From the NCBI RefSeq assembly GCF_009914755.1, contig NC_060940.1: a stretch of DNA of 64,000 nucleotides; one strand, 5' to 3'. Made by a program: the position numbers and the translations under genes. This DNA comes from the human T2T-CHM13v2.0 reference genome, Homo sapiens. Numbering within the stretch: position 1 is the first letter of the stretch; the number at the start of each line of letters is the position of its first letter. Shown in pieces: positions 43,301 through 58,018 of this stretch. The notes under the pieces were generated by a model. It had not been told where the DNA came from. It ran no database searches and worked only from the letters and a program-made list of their open reading frames with translations.

Positions 43301-46168
43301 CGATTCCATTCAATGATGATTCCATTTGAGTTCATTCGATGATTCTATTCGATTCCGTTCGATGGTGATTCAATTCTCTTATATTGGATGATTCCACTCG
43401 ATTCCATTTGACGATAATTCCATTGGAGTCCACTTAGTGAATCCTTTAGATTCTACTCGAAGATGATTCCATTCGAGTCCATTCGATGATACCATTCAAT
43501 TTCATTCGTTGATGCTTCCATTCAAGTGCATTCGATGATATCATTCGATTCCATTTGATGATAATTCCATTTGATTCCATGCGATGATTCTATTCGATTC
43601 CATTCAACGACAATTCCATTCAATTCAGTGATTCCTCTGGACTCCATTTGATGATGATTCCATTCAATGATTCCATTCGATTCTATTCGAAAATGATTCC
43701 ATTTGAATCCATTTGATGATGATTCCATTAGATTCCATTTGATGATTCCATTCGATTCCATTCAATGATGATTCCATTCGATTCCGTTTGATGATTCCAT
43801 TCTATTCTATTCGATGATGATTCCATTCGATTCCATTCGATGATGATTGGATTCGATTCCATTTGATGATTTCATTTGATTCCATTCGTTAATGATTTCG
43901 ATCAATTCCATTCGATGATTCCATTCGATTCCATTCGATAATGATTACATCCGAGTCCATTCGATGATTCCCTTTGAGCCTGTTCGATAATTCCATTTGA
44001 GTCCAACCAATGATTCCATTCATTTCCATTCAATGATTCCATTCGAGTCCATTTGATCATTCCGGTAGGGTCCATTCGATGTTGATTCCATTGGAGTGCA
44101 TTCGATGATTCCATTCGAGTCCATTTTAGGATTTGATTCGAGTCCTTTCGATGATTCCATTCGATTCCACTCGATGATGATTTCATTCGAGTCCATTCGA
44201 CACTTCCAATCGATTCCATTTGATGATTCCATTCGAGTCCAATTGATGATTCCATTCAATTCCATTCGATGATGATTCCGTACGATTCCATTCTGTGATG
44301 ATTCCATGTGATTGCATTCAATGATGATTCCTTTCGATTGCATTCGATTATGATTCATTTCGTGTTCATTCTATGGTTCCACAGGTTTCCATTCGTGTCC
44401 ATTCCATTATTCCATTCTATTCCATTTGATGATGATTCCATTCGATTCCATTCCTTGGTGATTCCACTCAATTCCATTCAATGATTCCATTCCATTTCTT
44501 TCAACAATGATTCCATTAGTTTCTAATCGATGATCCACTTGATTCCATTTGACGACGATTCCATTCTTGTCCATTCGATGATTCCATTTGATTCCATATG
44601 ATGATGATTCCATTCGATCCCATACCATGATGATTCCATTCGAGTCCATTCAATGGTGATTCCATTCAATTCCATTCGATGATTCCTTTCGATTCCATTC
44701 GATGATGATGGCATTCGATTCCTTTCAATCATTCCCTTTGATTCCATTCAAAGGTGATTTCATTCAAGTCCATTCGATAATTGCATTCGATTCCATTCTA
44801 TGATGATTCCATTCGAGTCCATTTGATGATTCCATTCAATTCAAGTCAATGATGATTCCATTCGATTCCATTCGATGATTCCATTGGATTCCATTCGATG
44901 ATGATTCCATTCAAATCCATTCGATAATTCAATTCAAGTTCATTCGATGATGATTAAAATCGAATCCATTCAAAGATTCCATTCAGTTCCATTCGATGGT
45001 TCCTTAGATTCCATTCGATGATTCCACTTGATTCCATTTACGATGATTCCATTCGATTCCATGTGATGATTCCATTCAATTCTATTCAATGATGTCTCCA
45101 TTTGATTCCATTCGACCATGATTGCCTTTGATTCCATTCAATGACTCCATTCGGTTCCTTTTGATGATGATTCCGTTCGATTCCATTTCATTATTCCATT
45201 TGATTCCATTGGATGAGTCCATTCGATTACATTCGATGATTATTCCATTCGAGTGCATTAGATGATTCCATTCGAGTCCATTCGATGATTCCATTCGATT
45301 CCATTCGATGTTGATTCTGTTCAAATCCATTCGATGATTCCACTCGATTCCATTCGTTGACTCCATTTGATCCCATTCGATGATTTCCTTTGATTCCCTT
45401 TGATGATCATTCCATTTGATTCAATTCGGTGATTTCATTTGATTCCATTCAGTGATGTTTCCATTCGACTCCATTCGATGATGATTCCATTCGACTCCAT
45501 TCGATTATGATTTCACTAAATTCCATTCAATAATGATTCCCTTCGAGTCCATTCGATGATTCCATTCGATTCCATTCAACGATGATTTGATTCGTGTCCA
45601 TTCGATGATTCCATTTGATTCCACTTGATGATGATTCCATTCGAGTCCATTTGATGATTCCATTCAATTCCATACTCCGATGATTTCTTTTGAGCCCACT
45701 CAATGCTTCCACTCGATTCCATATGATGATGACTCCATTCGATGAAATTCGATGATGATTCCATTCGCTTGCTTTCGATGATGATTCCACTTGAGTCCGT
45801 TAGAAGATTCTATTCAATTACATTCCATGACGATTCCGTTCGAGTCCATTTGATGATTCCATTAGACTCCATTCGACGATGATTCCATTCGATGTTATTC
45901 GATGATTCCATTCGATCTCATTCGATGATGATTCCATTCAACTCCATTCGATGTTTCCATTCGAGTTCATTCTATTATTCCATTAGATTCCATTCGATGA
46001 TGATTCCATTCGATTCCATTTGATGATTGCATTCTATTTCATTTGATGATGATTCCATTCGAGTCCACTCGATGATTCCATTCGAGTCCATTTAATGAAT
46101 CCATTGGTTTCAATTCTATGATGATTACATTGGATTCCATTCGTTGATGATTTCATTCGGTTCCATTC
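34320..46168 (+). repeat. Dimeric super-repeat copy 1 (U7 34320-40094 + U8 40095-46168), 11,849 bp
   Basis: Bounded by identical cattcggttccattc|catgatgattccattcctttcc junctions, with an intact unit boundary at 40095 and a 1-bp deletion at ~45003. Confidence 0.88.
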
Positions 46169-49100
46169 CATGATGATTCCATTCCTTTCCATTCAATGAT
46201 TCCATTCGATTCCGTTTGATGATGATTTCATTCGAGTCCATTTGATGATTCCATTTGATTTCTTTCGATGATGATTCCATTCGAGTCCATTCGATGATTC
46301 TATTCGAATCCATTTGATGATTTCTTTTGATTATATTTGGTGATGATTCCATTGGAGTCCATTCAATGATTCCATTCTATTCCAATCGATGATGATTCCA
46401 TTAGAGTCCATTTAATGATTCCATTTGATTCCAGTCTCTGATGATTACATTCGAGTCCATACGATGATTCCACTCAATTCCATATGATGATGATTCCATT
46501 TGATTCCATTCGGTGATTCCGTTCTATTCTATTCAATGGTGATTCCATTCGAGTACATTAGATGATTCCATTCGATTCCATTCATTGATGATTCTATTTG
46601 TGTCCCTTAGATGATTCCACATGATTCCATTAGATGATGATACTATTTGAGCCCATCCAATGATTCCCTTCGATTCCATTCGATGAGGATTCCATTCGAT
46701 TCAATTCATTGGTGATTCTATTCAATTCAATTCTTTGATTCCATTCCATTCCATTCGACAATGATTCCATTCGATTTCTTTCGATGATTCCACTCGATTC
46801 CACTTGACATTGATTCCATTCGATTCCATTCAATGATTCCATTTGATTCCAGTGGATGATGATTGCCATCGATTCCATTCGATCACTCCATTCTATTCCA
46901 TTTGATGATGATTACATTCGATTCCATTTGATGATTCCATCTGATTCTATTCGAGGATTCCATTTGATTCCATTCGATGATGATTCCATTCGAGTCCATT
47001 CGATGATTTCATTCGAGTACATCCAATGATTCCATTCGAGTCCATTAGATGATTCCATTTGATTCCATTTGAAAATGATTCTACTAGAGTCCATTCAATG
47101 ACTCCATTCGAGTCCATTCAACAATTCCATTCGACTCCATTCGATGATTCCATTCGATTCCATTTGATGGTTCCATTCGAGTCCATTTAATCATTACAGT
47201 CGAGTCCATTTGGTGATTCCACTGGATTTCTTTTGATAATGATACCATTCAATTACATTTGATGATGATCCCATTCAATTTCATTTGATGATGATTCCAT
47301 TAGAGTCCATTCGATGATTTCATTCGAGTCCCTTCATTGATTCCATCCGATTTCATTGGATGATGACTCCATTCGAGTCCATTCGATGATTCCACTCGAT
47401 TCCATTAGATGACTCCATTGGAGTCCATTTGATTGTTCCATTCGATTCCATTTGATTCCTTTCGAAGATTATTCCATTTGAGTCCATTCGATGATGATTC
47501 CATTCCATTCCATTCCATGATTCCGTTTGATTCCATTCGATGATTCCCTTCGATTCCTTTCTTTGATGATTCCATTCCATTCCATTCAATGATTCCATTC
47601 GAATCTATTCCATGATGATTCCTTTCGATTCCATTCGCTGATGTTTCCGTTCAATTCCATTCGATGATGATTCCATTCGATTCCATTCATTGAGGATTCC
47701 ATTTGATTCCATTCAATGATGATTCCATTCTATTCCATTCAATGATTGCATTCAATTCCATTCAATGATTATCCCATTAGAGTAAACTCAACGATTCCAT
47801 TCAATATCATTCGATGATGATTCCTTTTGAGTCCATTCAATGATTTCATTCAAGTCCATTTGATGATTCCTTTCAATTCCATTCTATGATGATTCCATTC
47901 GAGTCCATTCGATGATTCCATTCGATTGCATTCGATGATTCCATTATATTCCATTCAACGATGATTCCATTCGAGTCCATTCCATGATTCCATTAGAGTA
48001 CATTTAATGATTGCTTTGTTTTCAATTCGAAGATGATTACATTGGATTCCATTCTATGATACCATTCGATTCCATTCAATGATGATTCCACTCAAATCCA
48101 TTGGATGATTCCATTCGTGTCCATTCGGTGATTTCATTAGATTCCATTCGAGGATGATTCCATTCGATTCCATTCGATGATTCCATTCAATTCCATTCGA
48201 TGATGATTCCATTCCAGTCCATATGATCATTCCATTTGATTTCATTCGATGATGATTCCATTCGATTCGATTCGACGATTCCATTCTATTCCATTCGATG
48301 ATGATTCCATTCGAGTCCATTCGATGATTCCATTCGAGTCCATTTAATGATTCCATTGGGTTCAATTCAATGATGATTACATTGGATTCCGTTCTATGAT
48401 TCCATTCAATTCCGTTCATTGACAATTTGATTCCATTCGATGATGATTCCATTTGAGTTCATTCGATGATTCTATTCGATTCTCTTCGATGGTGATTCAA
48501 TTCTATTATATTGGATGATTCCATTCGATTCCATTTGATGTTGATTCAATTCGATTCTATTCGATGATGATTCCATTGGATTTCACTTGATGATTCTATT
48601 CGATTCCATTCAATGATGATTCACTTCTCGTCCATTGGATGATTCCATTTCATTCCATTCGATGATGATTCCATTCGATTCCATTCGATGATTCCATTTG
48701 ATTCCATGCGACGGTGAGCAATTCGATTCAATTCCATGATGATTCTATTTGATTCAATTAGATGATGTTTCCATTCGAATCCATTCCATGATTATTCCAT
48801 TGGAATCCATTCGGCGATGATTCCATATGAGTCAATTCAATGATGATTCCATATGGGTCCGTTCGATGATAATTCCATTTGATTTCATTCGATGCTTCTA
48901 TTCTATTCCAGTCGATGATGATTCCGTTGGAGTCCATACGATGATTCCATTTGATTTCATTTGATGATGATTCCATTCGATGATGATTACATTGGATTCC
49001 ATTCTATGATTCCATTCAATTCCATTCGTTGATGATTCGATTCCATTCAATGATGATTCCATTTGAGTTCATTCGATGATTCTATTCGATTCCGTTCGAT

Positions 49101-52100
49101 GGTGATTCAATTCTATTATATTGGATGATTCCACTCGATTCCATTTGATGATTATTCCATTGGAGTCCACTTAGTGAATCCTTTAGATTCTACTCGACGA
49201 TGATTCCATTCGAGTCCATTCGATGATACCATTCAATTCCATTCGTTGATGCTTCCATTCAAGTGCATTCGATGATATCATTCGATTCCATTTGATGATA
49301 ATTCCATTTGATTCCATGCGATGATTCTATTCGATTCCATTCAATGATAATTCCATTCAATTCAGTGATTCCTCTGGACTCCATTTGATGATGATTCCAT
49401 TCAATGATTCCATTCGATTCTATTCGAAAATGATTCCATTTGAATCCATTTGATGATGATTCCATTAGATTCCATTTGATGATTCCATTCGATTCCATTC
49501 GACGATGATTCCATTCGATTCCGTTTGATGATTCCATTCTATTCTATTCGATGATGATTCCATTCGATTCCATTCGATGATGATTGGATTCGATTCCATT
49601 GGATGATTTCATTTGATTCCATTCGTTAATGATTTCGATCAATTCCATTCGATGATTCCATTCGATTCCATTCGATAATGATTACATCCGAGTCCATTCG
49701 ATGATTCCCTTTGAGCCTGTTCGATAATTCCATTTGAGTCCAACCAATGATTCCATTCATTTCCATTCAATGATTCCATTCGAGTCCATTTGATCATTCC
49801 GGTAGGGTCCATTCGATGTTGATTCCATTGGAGTGCATTCGATGATTCCATTCGAGTCCATTTTAGGATTTGATTCGAGTCCTTTCGATGATTCCATTCG
49901 ATTCCACTCGATGATGATTTCATTCGAGTCCATTCGACACTTCCAATCGATTCCATTTGATGATTCCATTCGAGTCCAATTGATGATTCCATTCAATTCC
50001 ATTCGATGATGATTCCGTACGATTCCATTCTGTGATGATTCCATGTGATTGCATTCAATGATGATTCCTTTCGATTGCATTCGATTATGATTCATTTCGT
50101 GTTCATTCTATGGTTCCACAGGTTTCCATTCGTGTCCATTCCATTATTCCATTCTATTCCATTTGATGATGATTCCGTTCGATTCCATTCATTGGTGATT
50201 CCACTCAATTCCATTCAATGATTCCATTCCATTTCTTTCAACAATGATTCCATTAGTTTCTAATCGATGATCCACTTGATTCCATTTGACGACGATTCCA
50301 TTCTTGTCCATTCGATGATTCCATTTGATTCCATATGATGATGATTCCATTCGATTCCATACCATGATGATTCCATTCGAGTCCATTCAATGGTGATTCC
50401 ATTCAATTCCATTCGATGATTCCTTTTGATTCCATTCGATGATGATGGCATTCGATTCCTTTCAATCATTCCCTTTGATTCCATTCAAAGGTGATTTCAT
50501 TCAAGTCCATTCGATAATTGCATTCGATTCCATTCTATGATGATTCCATTCGAGTCCATTTGATGATTCCATTCAATTCAAGTCAATGATGATTCCATTC
50601 GATTCCATTCGATGATTCCATTGGATTCCATTTGATGATGATTCCATTCAAATCCATTCGATAATTCAATTCAAGTCCATTCGATGATGATTCCAATCGA
50701 ATCCATTCAAAGATTCCATTCAGTTCCATTCGATGATTCCCTTAGATTCCATTCGATGATTCCACTTGATTGCATTTACGATGATTCCATTCGATTCCAT
50801 GTGATGATTCCATTCAATTCTATTCAATGATGTCTCCATTTGATTCCATTCGACCATGATTGCCTTTGATTCCATTCAATGATTCCATTCGGTTCCGTTT
50901 GATGATGATTCCGTTCGATTCCATTTGATGATTCCATTTGATTCCATTGGATGAGTCCATTCGATTACATTCGATGATTATTCCATTCGAGTGCATTAGA
51001 TGATTCCATTCGAGTCCATTCGATGATTCCATTCGATTCCATTCGATGTTGATTCTGTTCAAATCCATTCGATGATTCCACTCGATTCCATTCGTTGACT
51101 CCATTTGATCCCATTCGATGATTTCCTTTGATTCCCTTTGATGATCATTCCATTTGATTCAATTCGGTGATTTTATTTGATTCCATTCAGTGATGTTTCC
51201 ATTCGACTCCATTCGATGATGATTCCATTCGACTCCATTCGATTATGATTTCATTCAATTCCATTCGATAATGATTCCCTTCGAGTCCATTCGATGATTC
51301 CATTCGATTCCATTCAACGATGATTTGATTCGTGTCCATTCGATGATTCCATTTGATTCCACTTGATGATGATTCCATTCGAGTCCATTTGATGATTCCA
51401 TTCAATTCCATACTCCGATGATTTCTTTTGAGCCCACTCAATGCTTCCACTCGATTCCATATGATGATGACTCCATTCGATGAAATTCGATGATGATTCC
51501 ATTCGCTTGCTTTCGATGATGATTCCACTTGAGTCCGTTAGAAGATTCTATTCAATTACATTCCATGACGATTCCGTTCGAGTCCATTTGATGATTCCAT
51601 TAGACTCCATTCGACGATGATTCCATTCGATGTTATTCGATGATTCCATTCGATCTCATTCGATGATGATTCCATTCAACTCCATTCGATGTTTCCATTC
51701 GAGTTCATTCTATTATTCCATTAGATTCCATTCGATGATGATTCCATTCGATTCCATTTGATGATTGCATTCTATTTCATTTGATGATGATTCCATTCGA
51801 GTCCACTCGATGATTCCATTCGAGTCCATTTAATGAATCCATTGGTTTCAATTCTATGATGATTACATTGGATTCCATTCGTTGATGATTTCATTCGGTT
51901 CCATTCAATGATGATTCCATTCAATTCCTTTCAATGTTTCCATTCAATTCCATACGATGATGATTCCATTTGATTTGATTCGACAGTGAGCCATTCGATT
52001 CAATCCCATGATGATTCTATTTGATTCAATTGGTTGACATTTCCATTCGATTCCATTCGATGATGATTCCCTTTGATTCCGTTCAAAGATGATTCCATTC

Positions 52101-55100
52101 TAGCCCATTCAATCATTCCATTCGATTCTATTCAATGATGATTCCATTCATGTCGATTTGGTGATTCCATTTGACTTCATTTGATGATGATTCCTTTCAA
52201 GTTCATTAGATGATTCCATTCGATTCCATTTGATGATGATCCCATTCGAGTCCATTCAGTGATTCCATTCGTTTCCATTCCATGATGATTCCATTCCTTT
52301 CCATTCAATGATTCCATTCGATTCCGTTTGATGATGATTTCATTCGAGTCCATTTGATGATTCCATTTGATTCCATTCGATGATGATTCCATTCGAGTCC
52401 ATTCGATGATTCTATTCGAATCCATTTGATGATTTCTTTTGATTATATTTGGTGATGATTCCATTGGAGTCCATTCAATGATTCCATTCTATTCCAATCG
52501 ATGATGATTCCATTAGAGTCCATTTAATGATTCCATTTGATTCCAGTCTCTGATGATTACATTCGAGTCCATACGATGATTCCACTCAATTCCATATGAT
52601 GATGATTCCATTTGATTCCATTCGGTGATTCCATTCTATTCTATTCAATGGTGATTCCATTCGAGTACATTAGATGATTCCATTCGATTCCATTCAATGA
52701 TGATTCTATTTGTGTCCCTTAGATGATTCCACATGATTCCATTAGATGATGATACTATTTGAGCCCATCCAATGATGCCCTTCGTTTCCATTCGATGAGG
52801 ATTCCATTCGATTCAATTCATTGGTGATTCTATTCAATTCAATTCTTTGATTCCATTCCATTCCATTCGACAATGATTCCATTCGATTTCTTTCGATGAT
52901 TCCACTCGATTCCACTTGACATTGATTCCATTCGATTCCATTCAATGATTCCATTTGATTCCAGTGGATGATGATTGCCATCGATTCCATTCGATCACTC
53001 CATTCTATTCCATTTGATGATGATTACATTCGATTCCATTTGATGATTCCATCTGATTCTATTCGAGGATTCCATTTGATTCCATTCGATGATGATTCCA
53101 TTCGAGTCCATTCGATGATTTCATTCGAGTACATCCAATGATTCCATTCGAGTCCATTTGATGATTCCATTTGATTCCATTTGAAAATGTTTCTACTAGA
53201 GTCCATTCAATGACTCCATTCGAGTCCATTCAACAATTCCATTCGACTCCATTCGATGATTCCATTCGATTCTATTTGATTGTTCCATTCGAGTCCATTT
53301 AATCATTACAGTCGAGTCCATTTGGTGATTCCACTGGATTTCTTTTGATAATGATACCATTCAATTACATTTGATGATGATCCCATTCAATTTCATTTGA
53401 TGATGATTCCATTAGAGTCCATTCGATGATTTCATTCGAGTCCCTTCATTGATTCCATCCAATTTCATTGGATGATGACTCCATTCGAGTCCATTCGATG
53501 ATTCCACTCGATTCCATTAGATGACTCCATTGGAGTCCATTTGATTGTTCCATTCGATTCCATTCGATTCCTTTCGAAGATTATTCCATTTGAGTCCATT
53601 CGATGATGATTCCATTCCATTCCATTCGATGATTCCGTTTGATTCCATTCGATGATTCCCTTCGATTCCTTTCTTTGATGATTCCATTCCATTCCATTCA
53701 ATGATTCCATTCGAATCTATTCCATGATGATTCCTTTCGATTCCATTCGCTGATGTTTCCGTTCAATTCCATTCGATGATGATTCCATTCGATTCCATTC
53801 ATTGAGGATTCCATTTGATTCCATTCAATGATGATTCCATTCTATTCCATTCAATGATTGCATTCAATTCCATTCAATGATTATCCCATTAGAGTAAACT
53901 CAACGATTCCATTCAATACCATTCGATGATGATTCCTTTTGAGTCCATTCAATGATTTCATTCAAGTCCATTTGATGATTCCTTTCAATTCCATTCTATG
54001 ATGATTCCATTCGAGTCCATTCGATGATTCCATTCGATTGCATTCGATGATTCCATTATATTCCAGTCAACGATGATTCCATTCGAGTCCATTCGATGAT
54101 TCCATTAGAGTACATTTAATGATTGCTTTGTTTTCAATTCGAAGATGATTACATTGGATTCCATTCTATGATACCATTCGATTCCATTCAATGATGATTC
54201 CACTCAAATCCATTGGATGATTCCATTCGTGTCCATTCGGTGATTTCATTAGATTCCATTCGAGGATGATTCCATTCGATTCCATTCGATGATTCCATTC
54301 AATTCCATTCGATGATGATTCCATTCCAGTCCATATGATCATTCCATTTGATTTCATTCGATGATGATTCCATTCAATTCGATTCGACGATTCCATTCTA
54401 TTCCATTCGATGATGATTCCATTCGAGTCCATTCGATGATTCCATTCGAGTCCATTTAATGATTCCATTGGGTTCAATTCAATGATGATTACATTGGATT
54501 CCGTTCTATGATTCCATTCAATTCCGTTCATTGACAATTTGATTCCATTCGATGATGATTCCATTTGAGTTCATTCGATGATTCTATTCGATTCTCTTCG
54601 ATGGTGATTCAATTCTATTATATTGGATGATTCCATTCGATTCCATTTGATGTTGATTCAATTCGATTCTATTCGATGATGATTCCATTGGATTTCACTT
54701 GATGATTCTATTCGATTCCATTCAATGATGATTCACTTCTCGTCCATTGGATGATTCCATTTCATTCCATTCGATGATGATTCCATTCGATTCCATTCGA
54801 TGATTCCATTTGATTCCATGCGACGGTGAGCAATTCGATTCAATTCCATGATGATTCTATTTGATTCAATTAGATGATGTTTCCATTCGAATCCATTCCA
54901 TGATTATTCCATTGGAATCCATTCGGCGATGATTCCATATGAGTCAATTCAATGATGATTCCATATGGGTCCGTTCGATGATAATTCCATTTGATTTCAT
55001 TCGATGCTTCTATTCTATTCCAGTCGATGATGATTCCGTTGGAGTCCATACGATGATTCCATTTGATTTCATTTGATGATGATTCCATTCGATGATGATT

Positions 55101-58018
55101 ACATTGGATTCCATTCTATGATTCCATTCAATTCCATTCGTTGATGATTCGATTCCATTCAATGATGATTCCATTTGAGTTCATTCGATGATTCTATTCG
55201 ATTCCGTTCGATGGTGATTCAATTCTATTATATTGGATGATTCCACTCGATTCCATTTGATGATTATTCCATTGGAGTCCACTTAGTGAATCCTTTAGAT
55301 TCTACTCGACGATGATTCCATTCGAGTCCATTCGATGATACCATTCAATTCCATTCGTTGATGCTTCCATTCAAGTGCATTCGATGATATCATTCGATTC
55401 CATTTGATGATAATTCCATTTGATTCCATGCGATGATTCTATTCGATTCCATTCAATGATAATTCCATTCAATTCAGTGATTCCTCTGGACTCCATTTGA
55501 TGATGATTCCATTCAATGATTCCATTCGATTCTATTCGAAAATGATTCCATTTGAATCCATTTGATGATGATTCCATTAGATTCCATTTGATGATTCCAT
55601 TCGATTCCATTCGACGATGATTCCATTCGATTCCGTTTGATGATTCCATTCTATTCTATTCGATGATGATTCCATTCGATTCCATTCGATGATGATTGGA
55701 TTCGATTCCATTTGATGATTTCATTTGATTCCATTCGTTAATGATTTCGATCAATTCCATTCGATGATTCCATTCGATTCCATTCGATAATGATTACATC
55801 CGAGTCCATTCGATGATTCCCTTTGAGCCTGTTCGATAATTCCATTTGAGTCCAACCAATGATTCCATTCATTTCCATTCAATGATTCCATTCGAGTCCA
55901 TTTGATCATTCCGGTAGGGTCCATTCGATGTTGATTCCATTGGAGTGCATTCGATGATTCCATTCGAGTCCATTTTAGGATTTGATTCGAGTCCTTTCGA
56001 TGATTCCATTCGATTCCACTCGATGATGATTTCATTCGAGTCCATTCGACACTTCCAATCGATTCCATTTGATGATTCCATTCGAGTCCAATTGATGATT
56101 CCATTCAATTCCATTCGATGATGATTCCGTACGATTCCATTCTGTGATGATTCCATGTGATTGCATTCAATGATGATTCCTTTCGATTGCATTCGATTAT
56201 GATTCATTTCGTGTTCATTCTATGGTTCCACAGGTTTCCATTCGTGTCCATTCCATTATTCCATTCTATTCCATTTGATGATGATTCCATTCGATTCCAT
56301 TCATTGGTGATTCCACTCAATTCCATTCAATGATTCCATTCCATTTCTTTCAACAATGATTCCATTAGTTTCTAATCGATGATCCACTTGATTCCATTTG
56401 ACGACGATTCCATTCTTGTCCATTCGATGATTCCATTTGATTCCATATGATGATGATTCCATTCGATTCCATACCATGATGATTCCATTCGAGTCCATTC
56501 AATGGTGATTCCATTCAATTCCATTCGATGATTCCTTTTGATTCCATTCGATGATGATGGCATTCGATTCCTTTCAATCATTCCCTTTGATTCCATTCAA
56601 AGGTGATTTCATTCAAGTCCATTCGATAATTGCATTCGATTCCATTCTATGATGATTCCATTCGAGTCCATTTGATGATTCCATTCAATTCAAGTCAATG
56701 ATGATTCCATTCGATTCCATTCGATGATTCCATTGGATTCCATTCGATGATGATTCCATTCAAATCCATTCGATAATTCAATTCAAGTCCATTCGATGAT
56801 GATTCCAATCGAATCCATTCAAAGATTCCATTCAGTTCCATTCGATGATTCCCTTAGATTCCATTCGATGATTCCACTTGATTGCATTTACGATGATTCC
56901 ATTCGATTCCATGTGATGATTCCATTCAATTCTATTCAATGATGTCTCCATTTGATTCCATTCGACCATGATTGCCTTTGATTCCATTCAATGATTCCAT
57001 TCGGTTCCGTTTGATGATGATTCCGTTCGATTCCATTTGATGATTCCATTTGATTCCATTGGATGAGTCCATTCGATTACATTCGATGATTATTCCATTC
57101 GAGTGCATTAGATGATTCCATTCGAGTCCATTCGATGATTCCATTCGATTCCATTCGATGTTGATTCTGTTCAAATCCATTCGATGATTCCACTCGATTC
57201 CATTCGTTGACTCCATTTGATCCCATTCGATGATTTCCTTTGATTCCCTTTGATGATCATTCCATTTGATTCAATTCGGTGATTTCATTTGATTCCATTC
57301 AGTGATGTTTCCATTCGACTCCATTCGATGATGATTCCATTCGACTCCATTCGATTATGATTTCATTCAATTCCATTCGATAATGATTCCCTTCGAGTCC
57401 ATTCGATGATTCCATTCGATTCCATTCAACGATGATTTGATTCGTGTCCATTCGATGATTCCATTTGATTCCACTTGATGATGATTCCATTCGAGTCCAT
57501 TTGATGATTCCATTCAATTCCATACTCCGATGATTTCTTTTGAGCCCACTCAATGCTTCCACTCGATTCCATATGATGATGACTCCATTCGATGAAATTC
57601 GATGATGATTCCATTCGCTTGCTTTCGATGATGATTCCACTTGAGTCCGTTAGAAGATTCTATTCAATTACATTCCAGGACGATTCCGTTCGAGTCCATT
57701 TGATGATTCCATTAGACTCCATTCGACGATGATTCCATTCGATGTTATTCGATGATTCCATTCGATCTCATTCGATGATGATTCCATTCAACTCCATTCG
57801 ATGTTTCCATTCGAGTTCATTCTATTATTCCATTAGATTCCATTCGATGATGATTCCATTCGATTCCATTTGATGATTGCATTCTATTTCATTTGATGAT
57901 GATTCCATTCGAGTCCACTCGATGATTCCATTCGAGTCCATTTAATGAATCCATTGGTTTCAATTCTATGATGATTACATTGGATTCCATTCGTTGATGA
58001 TTTCATTCGGTTCCATTC
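46169..58018 (+). repeat. Dimeric super-repeat copy 2 (U9 46169-51943 + U10 51944-58018), 11,850 bp
   Basis: Same deletion junctions. ORF offsets are 45831 and 51943, with an intact boundary at 51944. Confidence 0.88.
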
